Below, piece after piece: positions 10,100 to 19,570 of a stretch of 64,000 nt of DNA. Every line of letters begins with the position of its first letter. Position 1 is the first letter of the stretch. The stretch is taken from assembly GCA_965115955.1 (NCBI GenBank), contig OZ220473.1, forward strand, positions 2,662,410 through 2,726,409, read 5' to 3'. The notes under the pieces were generated by a model, which was not told the origin of the DNA, searched no databases, and worked only from the letters and a program-made list of their open reading frames with translations. Source of the stretch: Dehalococcoidia bacterium. Lineage in GTDB: Bacteria; Chloroflexota; Dehalococcoidia; Lucifugimonadales; UBA3495. The position numbers were made by a program, and so were the translations under genes.

Positions 10100-11833
10100 T
10101 TAAGCCGTTTCTATCCGGCCGGCTGCCTGAAGGCCCAGCTCTTCGACTGCCATTTCGCGCATACGGAACTTCTGAATCTTGCCGGTGACCGTCATTGGGA
10201 ACTCTGTTGTCACCTTGACGTAGCGCGGAATTTTGAAGTGGGCGATTTTGCCTTGGCAGAACTGGCGGATTTCCTCGGGGTCTGCCGATTCTCCTGGCTT
10301 CAGTATCACCCAGGCCATAACCTCCTCGCCAAAACGCTCATCAGGCACTCCTATGACCTGAACGTCAGAGAGCTTGGGGTGGGTATACAGGAACTCCTCT
10401 ATTTCCCGGGGATAAACGTTTTCTCCGCCCCGGATGATCATGTCCTTGAGACGGCCGGTAATCTTGTAGTAGCCATCCCCGTCTACTGTCGCCAGGTCTC
10501 CGGTATGAAGCCAACCTTCCCCGTCGATGGCGGAAGCAGTGGCCTCCGGCATATTGTAGTAGCCGCGCATCACCATGGAACTGCGAGCCTGCAACTCCCC
10601 CTGTAACTCCGGCCCAACCTCCCTGCCTGTGTCGGGATCTACGATCCTGACCTCGACGCCCGGAAGCGCCTTGCCCACAGTGGAAACCCGACGTTCAACG
10701 GGATCCGGGGTCAGGGTCTGGGTGATAACCGGGGAGTGCTCGGTCTGCCCGTAGGCGATGGCCATCTCATAGATGCCCATCCTGTCAATAACCTGCCGCA
10801 TGACCTCCATGGGGCAGGGCGAGCCCGCCATGATGCCGGTGCGAAGGGACGAGATGTTGAAGGTGTCGAAGTCGGGATGGCCCAGTTGCGCGATGAACAT
10901 CGTTGGAACGCCGTAGAGCGCGGTGCAGTTCTCTCTCTCCAGCGCTTGCAGCGTCTTCAGCGGGTCGAAGTGCTCTGACGGAATGATTATAGCCGAGCCG
11001 TGGGTGATGCAGCCCAGGTTGCCCATGACGCAGCCGAAGCAATGGTAGAAGGGCACTGGGATGCACAGGCGGTCATTTTCCGTCATCCCGATGCAGTCTC
11101 CCACATACACTGCGTTGGCCACCAGGTTGTGATGAGTGAGCATAGCTCCTTTGGGGCTGCCGGTAGTGCCCGAGGTGTACTGTATATTGACCGGGTCGCC
11201 GGGGCTGCATTCAGCCTGCCGCGCCGCCAATTGCGCCGGAGAGACCCGGCTATGCTTTGCCGCCATTTCGGCCCACGACCACATGCCCGCAGGGGCGTCC
11301 GAATCCGTCCTGTCGTCGTGGGGCGGGATGTGTACCACGTTGCGCAGATAGGGGAAACGGGAGCTGCGCAGCTCTCCGGGCCGGGAGTCCCGTAACTCCG
11401 GGACAACCTCGTTCAGCATGGCCGCGTAATCGGAATTTCGGAATCTCCCTATGAGAATGAGAGCGTTGCTCTCCGATTGCTCCAGCAGGTACGCCAGTTC
11501 ATGCGTCCGGTATGCCGGGTTGACGTTGACCATAACCGCGCCGATCTTCGAAGTAGCGAACTGGGTCATCACCCACTCGGTATAGTTGGTTGCCCAGATT
11601 CCCACGTGGTCGCCTCGGCGAATTCCCAGGGATATGAGGCCCCGGGCAACCCGCTCCACTTCCGCCTTGAACTCCGAGTATGTGAAGCGTTCCCCTGTCT
11701 CGACATTGACAACTGCGTCTCTATTGCTGAAGCGCTCCACCTGGCGGTCGAGCATATCGCCGATGGTGCTGTTTATGTCCACGCCGGAAAAAACCCCGGC
11801 CCAATTCGCGCTATCTGCCATGCCTCGCCTCAT
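10100..11833 (-). CDS. AMP-dependent acyl-CoA synthetase/ligase
   Basis: AMP-binding motif 'YTSGTTGSPKGAMLTHHN' and 'GWLHTGD'. Start placed at ATG 11833 (MRRGMADS); ATG 11821 is also possible. The longer track ORF to 12031 adds an implausible leader. Confidence 0.9.
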   Translation of the reverse strand: MRRGMADSANWAGVFSGVDINSTIGDMLDRQVERFSNRDAVVNVETGERFTYSEFKAEVERVARGLISLGIRRGDHVGIWATNYTEWVMTQFATSKIGAVMVNVNPAYRTHELAYLLEQSESNALILIGRFRNSDYAAMLNEVVPELRDSRPGELRSSRFPYLRNVVHIPPHDDRTDSDAPAGMWSWAEMAAKHSRVSPAQLAARQAECSPGDPVNIQYTSGTTGSPKGAMLTHHNLVANAVYVGDCIGMTENDRLCIPVPFYHCFGCVMGNLGCITHGSAIIIPSEHFDPLKTLQALERENCTALYGVPTMFIAQLGHPDFDTFNISSLRTGIMAGSPCPMEVMRQVIDRMGIYEMAIAYGQTEHSPVITQTLTPDPVERRVSTVGKALPGVEVRIVDPDTGREVGPELQGELQARSSMVMRGYYNMPEATASAIDGEGWLHTGDLATVDGDGYYKITGRLKDMIIRGGENVYPREIEEFLYTHPKLSDVQVIGVPDERFGEEVMAWVILKPGESADPEEIRQFCQGKIAHFKIPRYVKVTTEFPMTVTGKIQKFRMREMAVEELGLQAAGRIETA

Positions 11834-12004
11834 CAAATGCGGTTTACGCAAGGGTGAGCAAATTAAATCCGTCAGTAGAGCGTAACTATTTCCTGGCTGA
11901 TTATACTGTAACTGCGCAACTGGATAATCGACTCTTCCCGGATGTTCAGGGTGTACAATGGCTGCAGTCTGCCCCCTAAAAGCTGCAAGTTCAGAGAGAC
12001 AGGC

Positions 12005-12823
12005 ATGAAACGCACAACCCGCGAGGTTCACCCCGTTACGTCAGAGGCGGATAACGGCCATTACGCTGGCGCGATTGCGCTTGTTCGCCGCAGCTTTCGC
12101 ACCGGCGCGCCGGCAGCTCCGCTGGACAGTCCGGGGTTCACCGAAAGGGATGCCTATGAAACACAGTACAGGTTTCTCGCCCGGCTGGATCCCGCCGAGG
12201 TGGTGGTGGGCCACAAGGTTGCGCTGACCACCCAGGCCTACCGCGACCATCTGGGAGTTCACGAACCCTGCTACGGTCATATCCTGGATGGATGCGTTTA
12301 CCCCAGCGACTCCGATGTGCGGATCGGAAACCTCACCGCTCCTCACATAGAGGCGGAAATCGCCTTCGTGCTGGGCGACGACCTGCGAGGGCCAGGAGTG
12401 ACAGCAGTCGATGTCATGCGGGCGACATCGGGCGTAGCGCTGTCGCTGGAGCTGGTTGACCTGAAGGTGCAGGGGGATGGCATTCGAGCTGCCGACGTGA
12501 TCATGCACAACGCCCTTCACGGCGGACTGATCTTCGGCTCGCGGCTTTGTTCCCTGGACGGGCTGGACTTGCAGTATGAGGGCGTTACAGTGGAATTCAA
12601 TGGGGAGCTGCACGGTTCCGGCACCGGCTTTGAGGTGATGGGCAGCCCCATCAATCCAGTGGTCTGGCTTGCCAACAAGATGTCGGAATTTGACGATTAC
12701 CTGCGCGCCGGCGAAACGATAATCTCCGGCTCGATGGTAAGTCCAGTAAAGCTGAAGCCGGGAGACTCGGTCAAGGTAACCTGCACTCGCATAGGAAGCG
12801 TGGGCGCCCGGTTTGTGGAATAG
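12005..12823 (+). CDS. 2-keto-4-pentenoate hydratase family (MhpD/XylJ-like, FAH superfamily)
   Basis: 272 aa from ATG 12005. 'GHKVALTTQA...EPCYGHI...IEAEIAFVL' fits the hydratase/decarboxylase family. Confidence 0.8.
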   Translation: MKRTTREVHPVTSEADNGHYAGAIALVRRSFRTGAPAAPLDSPGFTERDAYETQYRFLARLDPAEVVVGHKVALTTQAYRDHLGVHEPCYGHILDGCVYPSDSDVRIGNLTAPHIEAEIAFVLGDDLRGPGVTAVDVMRATSGVALSLELVDLKVQGDGIRAADVIMHNALHGGLIFGSRLCSLDGLDLQYEGVTVEFNGELHGSGTGFEVMGSPINPVVWLANKMSEFDDYLRAGETIISGSMVSPVKLKPGDSVKVTCTRIGSVGARFVE

Positions 12824-14044
12824 CTCAAGCTGCTGTCGGAACTGCAATAAACCCGCATCGCCGGTGGCGGCTGGCGCCAGGCTGGGAGCGCTGGTTCATA
12901 TTTCCGCCCCGTCCGGACGCATCATTGAAACCCGATCAGCGCCGGATGACTGATCCAAGAGCTGCGCTTTCGGCTGCCGACCCTGGACACGCTCGCCGGG
13001 CAGCCATTCGCTCCCGGTAAGGCGATACGCTTCTACGAGGTCGGATTCCATGCTCGCTGTGGACCAGCCTGTACCTGCTGCCGATATAAGGCCGCCCGGC
13101 GCTCTTAACTTTATGTAAATAAATGGAAATAGGACGAGGTGACGTTTATAGAGGCCGGCAAGCTGGGGGGCGATGCCGGCGAGCCCAGCAACACCCCTCC
13201 GACCGCTTCGAGTTCCGCTTGGTCGGTCCCGATGCCAGGTTTGCCGGGTCCGACGTCAGCGTAGGGCGGGGGAGTTTCACATGCCCTGGGCACCAAGGCT
13301 GCATCGACTTGGGATAGCCGCATCCCCGCTTCCATTGACTAGGTAACTGCCCCGCCAGCTTCAAGGCGTCCCCAGTCCGGGTTTCTCCTCCGGCCCCGTA
13401 ATGCCTGCGAATGTGCGGGCAGACTGCTATTGTCCTGGAATCACGGCCTCTGTCTCGTGGAATCCTGCTTTCCCCGTCGGCAAATCCGGCGGGACTCCAT
13501 GCGCCGGTTGCCGCCATCCTGCCTCTCTGAAGCTGTTTCTTCTTGTTTATATTAAATTGTCGACTGCCCATTATGTTTGCTCGCGGGGTTTTCCTGGAGA
13601 GGTTTGTCAACTCCAGCTATTAGCAAACCTGGCGCAAGGGCTGGCGGCGCCTCCCGCATCCGGCAGATGACAGTCTCCGGTCTGCCGATGATCCGGCGGC
13701 GGGATTCTGGAATCTGGTCATAGACTGCGGCGGGCAGACTCTCCACGCTGGCCGCTGCATACGAATGCATACGAAGCCGAAGGCTGGCCTCCGGATGGGA
13801 ATCATGCCGATTTCGGGCGATTCTCATCCGGATGCAATGGGCGTCTAATCGGCGATCATACTGGTCAGTAAGGAAACTTGGACACTGAACCGTTGCCGGA
13901 ATTTTATGGAAGCCATAATCCGGACATCATTGAGTCTGTCGACCTTCATCTGCGGCAGGACGAATTGCCGAGCCTTTCCGCTGACCGCCCGGCTGGGTCT
14001 ATAATCCATTGAGATGTTCAGCGAGGAATGAATGAGGTGGTGAA

Positions 14045-14560
14045 ATGGACGTTTACCAGTGCATCAGATCCAGGCTGACGGTTCGGAGCTTCAAGCCCGA
14101 CCCGGTGCCGGAAGGTGTGGTTAGGCGGATGCTGCAAGCCGCGCGATGGTCTCCCAGCGCCCGTAATCGGCAGCCGTGGCATTTTGTAGTTGTTCGCAAC
14201 CGGAACACACTGGAACAGATTGGCGGCATCGCTTCATCTGGCGGGTTTATCGGAGAGGCCCCGATGGCCGTAGCCGTAGTCATGGACCGAGGGGGCCGGC
14301 CGGAATTCGACGCCGGCCGATCGATCCAGCACATGGAGCTCGCTGCCTGGGCCGAAGGTATTGGGGGCTGTGTAGCGGGAGTCCGCGGCGAGGAGAATGA
14401 CAGGGTCAAGGAGCTGCTGGGAATCCCGGAAGACAAGGAACTGGTAACTGTCATAGCTTTTGGCTATCCAACAGACGAGGCAGCCACTGGCACCAAGGCG
14501 CGCAAGACGCTGCCCGAGATAGCCCACAGCGAGCGTTTTGGGCAGAGTTTCAAAGGATAG
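14045..14560 (+). CDS. nitroreductase family protein
   Basis: 171 aa. 'RLTVRSFKPDPVP...AARWSPSARNRQPWHFVVV' is the classic nitroreductase N-terminus. Confidence 0.85.
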   Translation: MDVYQCIRSRLTVRSFKPDPVPEGVVRRMLQAARWSPSARNRQPWHFVVVRNRNTLEQIGGIASSGGFIGEAPMAVAVVMDRGGRPEFDAGRSIQHMELAAWAEGIGGCVAGVRGEENDRVKELLGIPEDKELVTVIAFGYPTDEAATGTKARKTLPEIAHSERFGQSFKG

Positions 14561-14815
14561 TCGGCAACAAGCGCGAACCAGCCCATGCCCAGGCCGGGTG
14601 ACGGCGACAGGCAGGCGGCGCTTATACTGTATCGCTTGCAACCCGGCCTGATACCCCAGGTCGTCCGGCGCCCTGCTGCCCAGCCTGCACCGTCGCTCTC
14701 TGTACGGGTTGAAGTCGATCGGGAAATCGACAATTCGACCGGCTGGCGGAATAAGACTGGCCAGTCCGTTATACTGCCAGTTACCCGAAAGACAAGTTTG
14801 AGTGGAGGGTGAACC

Positions 14816-15589
14816 ATGCGCCTGGAAAACAAGGTCGCTATCATCACCGGAGCAGCGGCTGGAATCGAGGGTCAACTGATGGGATTCGGCGGCGCGGCGG
14901 CCCGCATGTTCGCGCGAGAAGGAGCCAGAGTTGTGCTGACCGACATCAAGACAGAGATGGGCGAGGCAACTGCCAGCCAGATCAGAGAGAACGGAGGCGA
15001 CGTCTTTTTCATGGAGCAGGACGTTACCGACGAGCAACGGTGGCTGGAAGTCATAGCAGAAACAGTGGCCCGCTACGGAAAGCTGAATGTACTGGTCAAC
15101 AACGCTGGCACTGGCGCCCGCCTGACCGTCGAGGATACTTCGGTCAGCGACTGGGATGGCCAGATGAATGTTCACGCCAAGGGCGTGTTTCTGGGAACCA
15201 AGCACGCCATACCGGAGATGCGAAAGTCGGGCGGAGGCTCCATTATCAACGTGTCGTCCATCTACGGGCTGATAGGAAGCCCCACTTCGACAGCCTACCA
15301 CGCCGCTAAGGGAGCAAGCCGACTATTCACCAAGTCGGCGGCCATTCAGTACGCCAGCGAGAACATCCGGGTAAACTCGGTGCACCCCGGTTATTGCTGG
15401 ACGCCGCTGACGGACCCTGGCTATTCCGGAGAGGAAGGGCGAAGGGAATGGTCGCTGGAGCGCATCCCGTTAGGCCGAGTGGGAAATGCCGACGACATTG
15501 CCCATGGCATCGTGTACCTGGCGTCCGATGAATCGTCCTTTGTGACCGGCGCAGAGCTGGTCATAGACGGCGGCACAACCGCGCAGTAG
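14816..15589 (+). CDS. short-chain dehydrogenase/reductase (SDR)
   Basis: 257 aa. Contains '[14 protein letters not shown]', 'NNAG' and 'YHAAK' (YxxxK). Confidence 0.9.
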   Translation: MRLENKVAIITGAAAGIEGQLMGFGGAAARMFAREGARVVLTDIKTEMGEATASQIRENGGDVFFMEQDVTDEQRWLEVIAETVARYGKLNVLVNNAGTGARLTVEDTSVSDWDGQMNVHAKGVFLGTKHAIPEMRKSGGGSIINVSSIYGLIGSPTSTAYHAAKGASRLFTKSAAIQYASENIRVNSVHPGYCWTPLTDPGYSGEEGRREWSLERIPLGRVGNADDIAHGIVYLASDESSFVTGAELVIDGGTTAQ

Positions 15590-15598
15590 CGCCTCCTC

Positions 15599-15632
15599 TG
15601 ATTCACTGCCTCAGGTGATTCACTGCCTCAGG
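15599..15632. repeat. perfect 17-bp tandem duplication (TGATTCACTGCCTCAGG x2)
   Basis: Read directly from the sequence. Lies in the 71-bp spacer between the SDR stop and the agmatinase start. Confidence 0.95.
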
Positions 15633-15660
15633 ACAAGTAACACCCTCGCGGAGGATACCC

Positions 15661-16635
15661 ATGACTGCCCATCGGAATTCCAGTGCCCGAGACCAAACGC
15701 CGTGGCCCGTTTTGAGGCCGTCACCGAGAACCCTTTTCAATGCACCCCTCTGCGAAGACATCGAACATCTGCAGGCGGATGTCGCCTTCATCGGCATCCC
15801 CTTCGATCAGGGTACTCTTGGACGCCCAGGCGCGAGATTTGGGCCAGACGCCCTTCGAGACGCCCCCAGGGCCTATTCATACTCGGACCCTTACGGACGG
15901 CAAGGCGAAGCCGACGGCTATTTCGATATTGACGTCGGGGATGAACTGCTGCGAGGGGTGAAGATGTCCGACTGCGGCAATGTACCCATCGTGCCGTCGG
16001 AAGTCGCGGAAAACTTCGACCGCATAACCCGCGCCGTCGAGCAGGTTGCGGCCCGGGGGGCGCTGCCTGCCGTCGTGGGCGGCGATCATGCCGTTACCTT
16101 CCCCGTGGTTCGAGGGCTGTCCAGGTTTGCTCCGGTGGACATTGTTCACTTCGACGCCCATCTTGATTACACCCACGATGTTCAGGATGCCCTGTACACC
16201 CATGCCAGCCCCATTCGCCGCTGTCGCGAGCTGGATTTCGTTGGGCGCATTACATCCGTGGGCATACGTTCTGCGCGCCGGCTCCCCTACGAAGAAGCAA
16301 TCCGCGATGGAAGCCTGATCATCAGCGCCCGACGCTTCAGGGAATTGGGCCCGGAGGCCATTGCGGCGCTGATCCCGCCATCGCCAAACCTCTACATCAC
16401 TTTCGACGTGGATGTCCTTGATCCCAGCCAGGCTCCAGGAACAGGCACACCGGAAGTTGGAGGCCTCTTCTATGAAGAAGCGCGAGACTGTATCACTGCG
16501 CTACTGGATAGATCTAACCTGGTGGCTTTCGACATCGTGGAGGTCGCTCCCCCTTACGACAACTCGGAACTTACGGTGCAGGTGGCCGCCAGGCTGATGC
16601 AGGACATCCTGGCGCGCCGGTTTCCGTCCCGGTGA
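15661..16635 (+). CDS. agmatinase/ureohydrolase (arginase family)
   Basis: 324 aa. Contains 'GGDHAVTFP', 'VHFDAHLD' and 'ITFDVDVLDPSQAPGTGTPEVGG' (Mn-binding motifs). Confidence 0.9.
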   Translation: MTAHRNSSARDQTPWPVLRPSPRTLFNAPLCEDIEHLQADVAFIGIPFDQGTLGRPGARFGPDALRDAPRAYSYSDPYGRQGEADGYFDIDVGDELLRGVKMSDCGNVPIVPSEVAENFDRITRAVEQVAARGALPAVVGGDHAVTFPVVRGLSRFAPVDIVHFDAHLDYTHDVQDALYTHASPIRRCRELDFVGRITSVGIRSARRLPYEEAIRDGSLIISARRFRELGPEAIAALIPPSPNLYITFDVDVLDPSQAPGTGTPEVGGLFYEEARDCITALLDRSNLVAFDIVEVAPPYDNSELTVQVAARLMQDILARRFPSR

Positions 16636-17069
16636 GGGGTTGAGGGCGCGGGTTGTTTATGCCAACAGGATGACTGAGACGCCTTTTCGCCGCTGACACA
16701 CTGTTGCAGCAGCATTCAACTGTATCGGGCTGGAAATCTGACGCAGATACGAATGACTGCACTGCGTTGCGCCGTATTAGTTTCAAGACCCGCGCTGTTC
16801 CTATTGCTACGCTGGCTTGAGTTTGATCTGACGCAGAGACTGCGTTGACAACTGAATGAGCTGCGAAGGACACTGCCGACTGTAACGGGTATCGTCCTGA
16901 ATCTGACGTATCGCTGCAATTAAAATCAGAATTCCAAAGGGGCATCCGGGAATCGGTTAGAGGCAAGATGAGTGCGATTCCACAGAGAGGGTTTAGGAGA
17001 GAAAAGCCGCCGATACCGGGCGAATCGAAGGCAAGATGGGCAGAAAATATCGCAATACGCATCTTCCGG

Positions 17070-17141
17070 TGGAGGTGAGGGGGGTCGAACCCCTGGCCCC
17101 CTGCTTGCAAAGCAGGTGCTCTCCCACTGAGCTACACCCCC
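17070..17141 (-). tRNA. tRNA-Ala (anticodon UGC)
   Basis: Reverse complement folds as a cloverleaf: GGGGGTG/CACCTCC acceptor with G3:U70, anticodon loop TTTGCAA, T-loop TTCGACC. 72 nt, followed by CC (no full encoded CCA). Confidence 0.95.
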
Positions 17142-17257
17142 ACGATGTGCGCGCATAATGCTGAAAACGACGCTCGTATTCTATATCTGAATGTATCGCT
17201 ACGGCAATAAGCGGACCGGGAGCTGGGAAGTTTCGTCCAAGCGCTGCTATCCGGTCC

Positions 17258-17285
17258 GGGTTACCAGGTTTGGGTTACCGGGTCT
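17258..17285. repeat. 14-bp tandem duplication (GGGTTACCAGGTTT / GGGTTACCGGGTCT) spanning a stop codon
   Basis: 12 of 14 positions identical. Copy 2 contains the TAA stop (17275-17277, minus strand) of the adjacent gene. Confidence 0.9.
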
Positions 17286-18354
17286 GGATGGTCAAAGAAC
17301 TCCTGGGGTACCCGAACAGCTCTGTCACCTTTCTGGCTCTGCCCTCGACAAGCACCCCGGCGCCCTGGCAGGAAGCATATATCCCGGTGTCTCCTACTTG
17401 CCGCGGCATGTTGACTTGCTCTTCGAACTTTGAGAAATACGGAAGGGTTCTTCCCCGGATCTCCAGTATCTTCTCGAACTCGTCCGGATGCAGGTCCCGT
17501 ATCATCAGGCATACGCCTCTCAGCAAGTCGGGCCAGGATGACACCTCTCGCGTTTCCCCCTGGAACGTGAATGAGGCCGGCCTTCGGCGGGAGCCGGTAC
17601 TGCGGGATGCAGAGGATGCTCCTTCGCCGTCGCCAGAGGTCATCAACTCGGCTCTACTCTCCATAAGAACCCTGCGGGCGAAACGGTTATCAGGACGCGC
17701 CCCCAATTTTTGCTCGGCAGCAGTGGCAACCAGTTCTATGAGACCTTCGTCAAAGCCTTCGACGACTTGCCGCCAGGCATTCAGGACAGCACTGCGGGCA
17801 GTCTCGTCCCTCGATCGATCCAGAAGCACCCTCTCGGCAGATCTTGCCGCCTGTCCACTGGATACCCTGTCCTTTGAGAGGTATCTGTTGATGTCTTCTT
17901 TCGCCCGGTCTGGGTTGCCTATCAAGTCAATATCGCAGAAACGTCTTTCCTCTTGACCATCATCGGAACAGAAAAGCAGTATCCAGGTCGGCCCATTAGT
18001 CAGCGCGGCTAGTGATGCGCCCTCTCTAACGCAGTGGGAGGTCAACTGACGCTGGTATCTCTCGCTTTCCAGGTTATCGCTCAGTGATCTGACATCAATA
18101 AGCACCTTGGGAGTTGACGCGCCCCTGGATCGTCCGGCGGGAGGCGACTTCAGAGCAAAATCCACCTTGTTTCTGCCTGTACGATAATCGGGTTCTACCT
18201 CTGACAGGTTGAAGACGTTCCATCCAGCCGCACTCAGGAGCCTGAGAATAATCCCGTGGTTTATAGCAGCCTGGCTCAATTGATCCATCGATTCGATACC
18301 GCAGATGTCGGTAACTGCCTGCGAGATTGCATCTGTATGGCTTGCTCTGGGCAT
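17275..18354 (-). CDS. hypothetical protein with N-terminal PD-(D/E)xK (type I restriction HsdR_N-like) domain
   Basis: 359 aa. N-terminal 'GWNVFNLSEVEPDY...KVDFAL...KVLIDVRS...LAALTNGPTWILL' fits an E...D...(D/E)xK(R) nuclease-fold pattern. The rest is unrecognised. GC is visibly lower than in the neighbours. Confidence 0.6.
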   Translation of the reverse strand: MPRASHTDAISQAVTDICGIESMDQLSQAAINHGIILRLLSAAGWNVFNLSEVEPDYRTGRNKVDFALKSPPAGRSRGASTPKVLIDVRSLSDNLESERYQRQLTSHCVREGASLAALTNGPTWILLFCSDDGQEERRFCDIDLIGNPDRAKEDINRYLSKDRVSSGQAARSAERVLLDRSRDETARSAVLNAWRQVVEGFDEGLIELVATAAEQKLGARPDNRFARRVLMESRAELMTSGDGEGASSASRSTGSRRRPASFTFQGETREVSSWPDLLRGVCLMIRDLHPDEFEKILEIRGRTLPYFSKFEEQVNMPRQVGDTGIYASCQGAGVLVEGRARKVTELFGYPRSSLTIQTR

Positions 18355-18371
18355 TTTGCTGCCATCCTTTC

Positions 18372-18395
18372 ACAAGACGTATTACAAGACGTACT
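18372..18395. repeat. 12-bp tandem duplication (ACAAGACGTATT / ACAAGACGTACT) in a 5' leader
   Basis: Read directly from the sequence. Lies 18-41 nt upstream of the minus-strand start at 18354. Confidence 0.9.
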
Positions 18396-18532
18396 TCCAA
18401 CAATTCGCCAGAGGGAATGTCATCCGGAAGCATCAACTAAATTATAATGCAGTTTTGCAATAATGCAATTCCTGTTTACCGGATTATATCCCGCCAGCCC
18501 CTATGTACAAGGCTGTGGGAGACGCTGGCGCT

Positions 18533-19534
18533 TCAAGCAGACAGTCTGTGCCTTGGCTTAGGGTGATTCAACACAGCCGGATTCACCAGGTTATCGGGTA
18601 TGCGTCCATTTATAACATTAACCACTTCCTGCGCAGCGCGACGCTCCAGTTCCAGGGTGGATTCCTGCGAGAAAAAAGCAACATGAGGGGTGATGAGAAT
18701 GTTGTCCAGCGATAGCAGAGGGTGGTCTTCGGGCGGCGCGTTCTGCGCCATGACGTCGAGGCCTGCCCCCGCAATCCTGTTGTGTTTCAGGGCATCAAAG
18801 AGAGCATTTTCATCAATCAACGCTCCCCGGGCGGCGTTAATCAGGAAAGCGTCGCGCCTCATAAGCGCCAGTTCGTCAGCTCCGATCATGTTGCGGGTTT
18901 CGCTGGTCAAGGGGGCGTGCAAAGTGACGAAGTCCGATCCCCTCATCAAAGCGGGAAGGTCTACCAGGCTTCCGCCGAAAGACGCCACCACTTGTTCCGA
19001 AACCAGTGGATCTGCAGCCAGAATGTTCAAACCGAAGGCGTGGGCTTTGAGCGCCACTGCCTGTCCGATTCGTCCGAATCCTACGATTCCGATGGTCTTG
19101 CCCCGCAGTCTCATCATCCGCATGTTCAGGGGTTGGCTCCCCCAGCCCCGCTCTTTCACCGAGCGGTCAAAGAGGACAATTCTTCGATTCCATGCGTGGA
19201 GGAGAGCCATTACGTGGTCTGAGACTTCGTCTACGCAATAGTCCGGCACATATGTTACCGCGACGCCCAGTTCCGTCGCTGCGGCCACCGCAATGTTGTC
19301 CACCCCCACTCCGAATCGGCCGATGACGACGCAACGCTTGGCTGCCTTCACGACTCTCTCGGTTACCTGCGCGAAGCAGGTCATAATCGCGTCGGCGTCC
19401 CGGGCGAGCTCAATCAGTGTCTCCTCATCGCCATTGGGGGCGACTACAACCTCGGCCCCGCCGGCTTCCAGCACCTGACGTTCCGGGTCAGTGGAGGGCC
19501 AAACGTAGTCGGTAATGAGAACTTTCCAAGGCAT
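18533..19534 (-). CDS. D-isomer-specific 2-hydroxyacid dehydrogenase (PGDH/CtBP-like)
   Basis: 333 aa. NAD-binding 'GKTIGIVGFGRIGQAVA' and 'LINAARGALID...TPHVAF'. Confidence 0.9.
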   Translation of the reverse strand: MPWKVLITDYVWPSTDPERQVLEAGGAEVVVAPNGDEETLIELARDADAIMTCFAQVTERVVKAAKRCVVIGRFGVGVDNIAVAAATELGVAVTYVPDYCVDEVSDHVMALLHAWNRRIVLFDRSVKERGWGSQPLNMRMMRLRGKTIGIVGFGRIGQAVALKAHAFGLNILAADPLVSEQVVASFGGSLVDLPALMRGSDFVTLHAPLTSETRNMIGADELALMRRDAFLINAARGALIDENALFDALKHNRIAGAGLDVMAQNAPPEDHPLLSLDNILITPHVAFFSQESTLELERRAAQEVVNVINGRIPDNLVNPAVLNHPKPRHRLSA

Positions 19535-19570
19535 GGCAAACTCCTGTCGGCCGCTCTGCGCGGCGCATTC

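Noticed and set aside
13360-13480. RNase P RNA or cobalamin-riboswitch resemblance (minus strand GGGGAAAGCAGGAUUCCAC and GGAGGAGAAACCCGGACU)
   Set aside because: The universally conserved GGAAAGUCCGGGC core and the ACAGAACCCGGCUUA segment are absent. No GCCACUG or B12 box was found. The similarity is too weak to call from memory.
14234-15301. 355-aa minus-strand ORF spanning the nitroreductase-SDR boundary
   Set aside because: It crosses an intergenic spacer and overlaps two well-supported plus-strand genes. No motifs were found.
17142-18500. Integrase or transposase expected next to the tRNA gene
   Set aside because: None of the six-frame ORFs around tRNA-Ala shows integrase (R..H..R..Y) or DDE motifs. 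Only the nuclease-fold orphan is present, so no mobile element is called.
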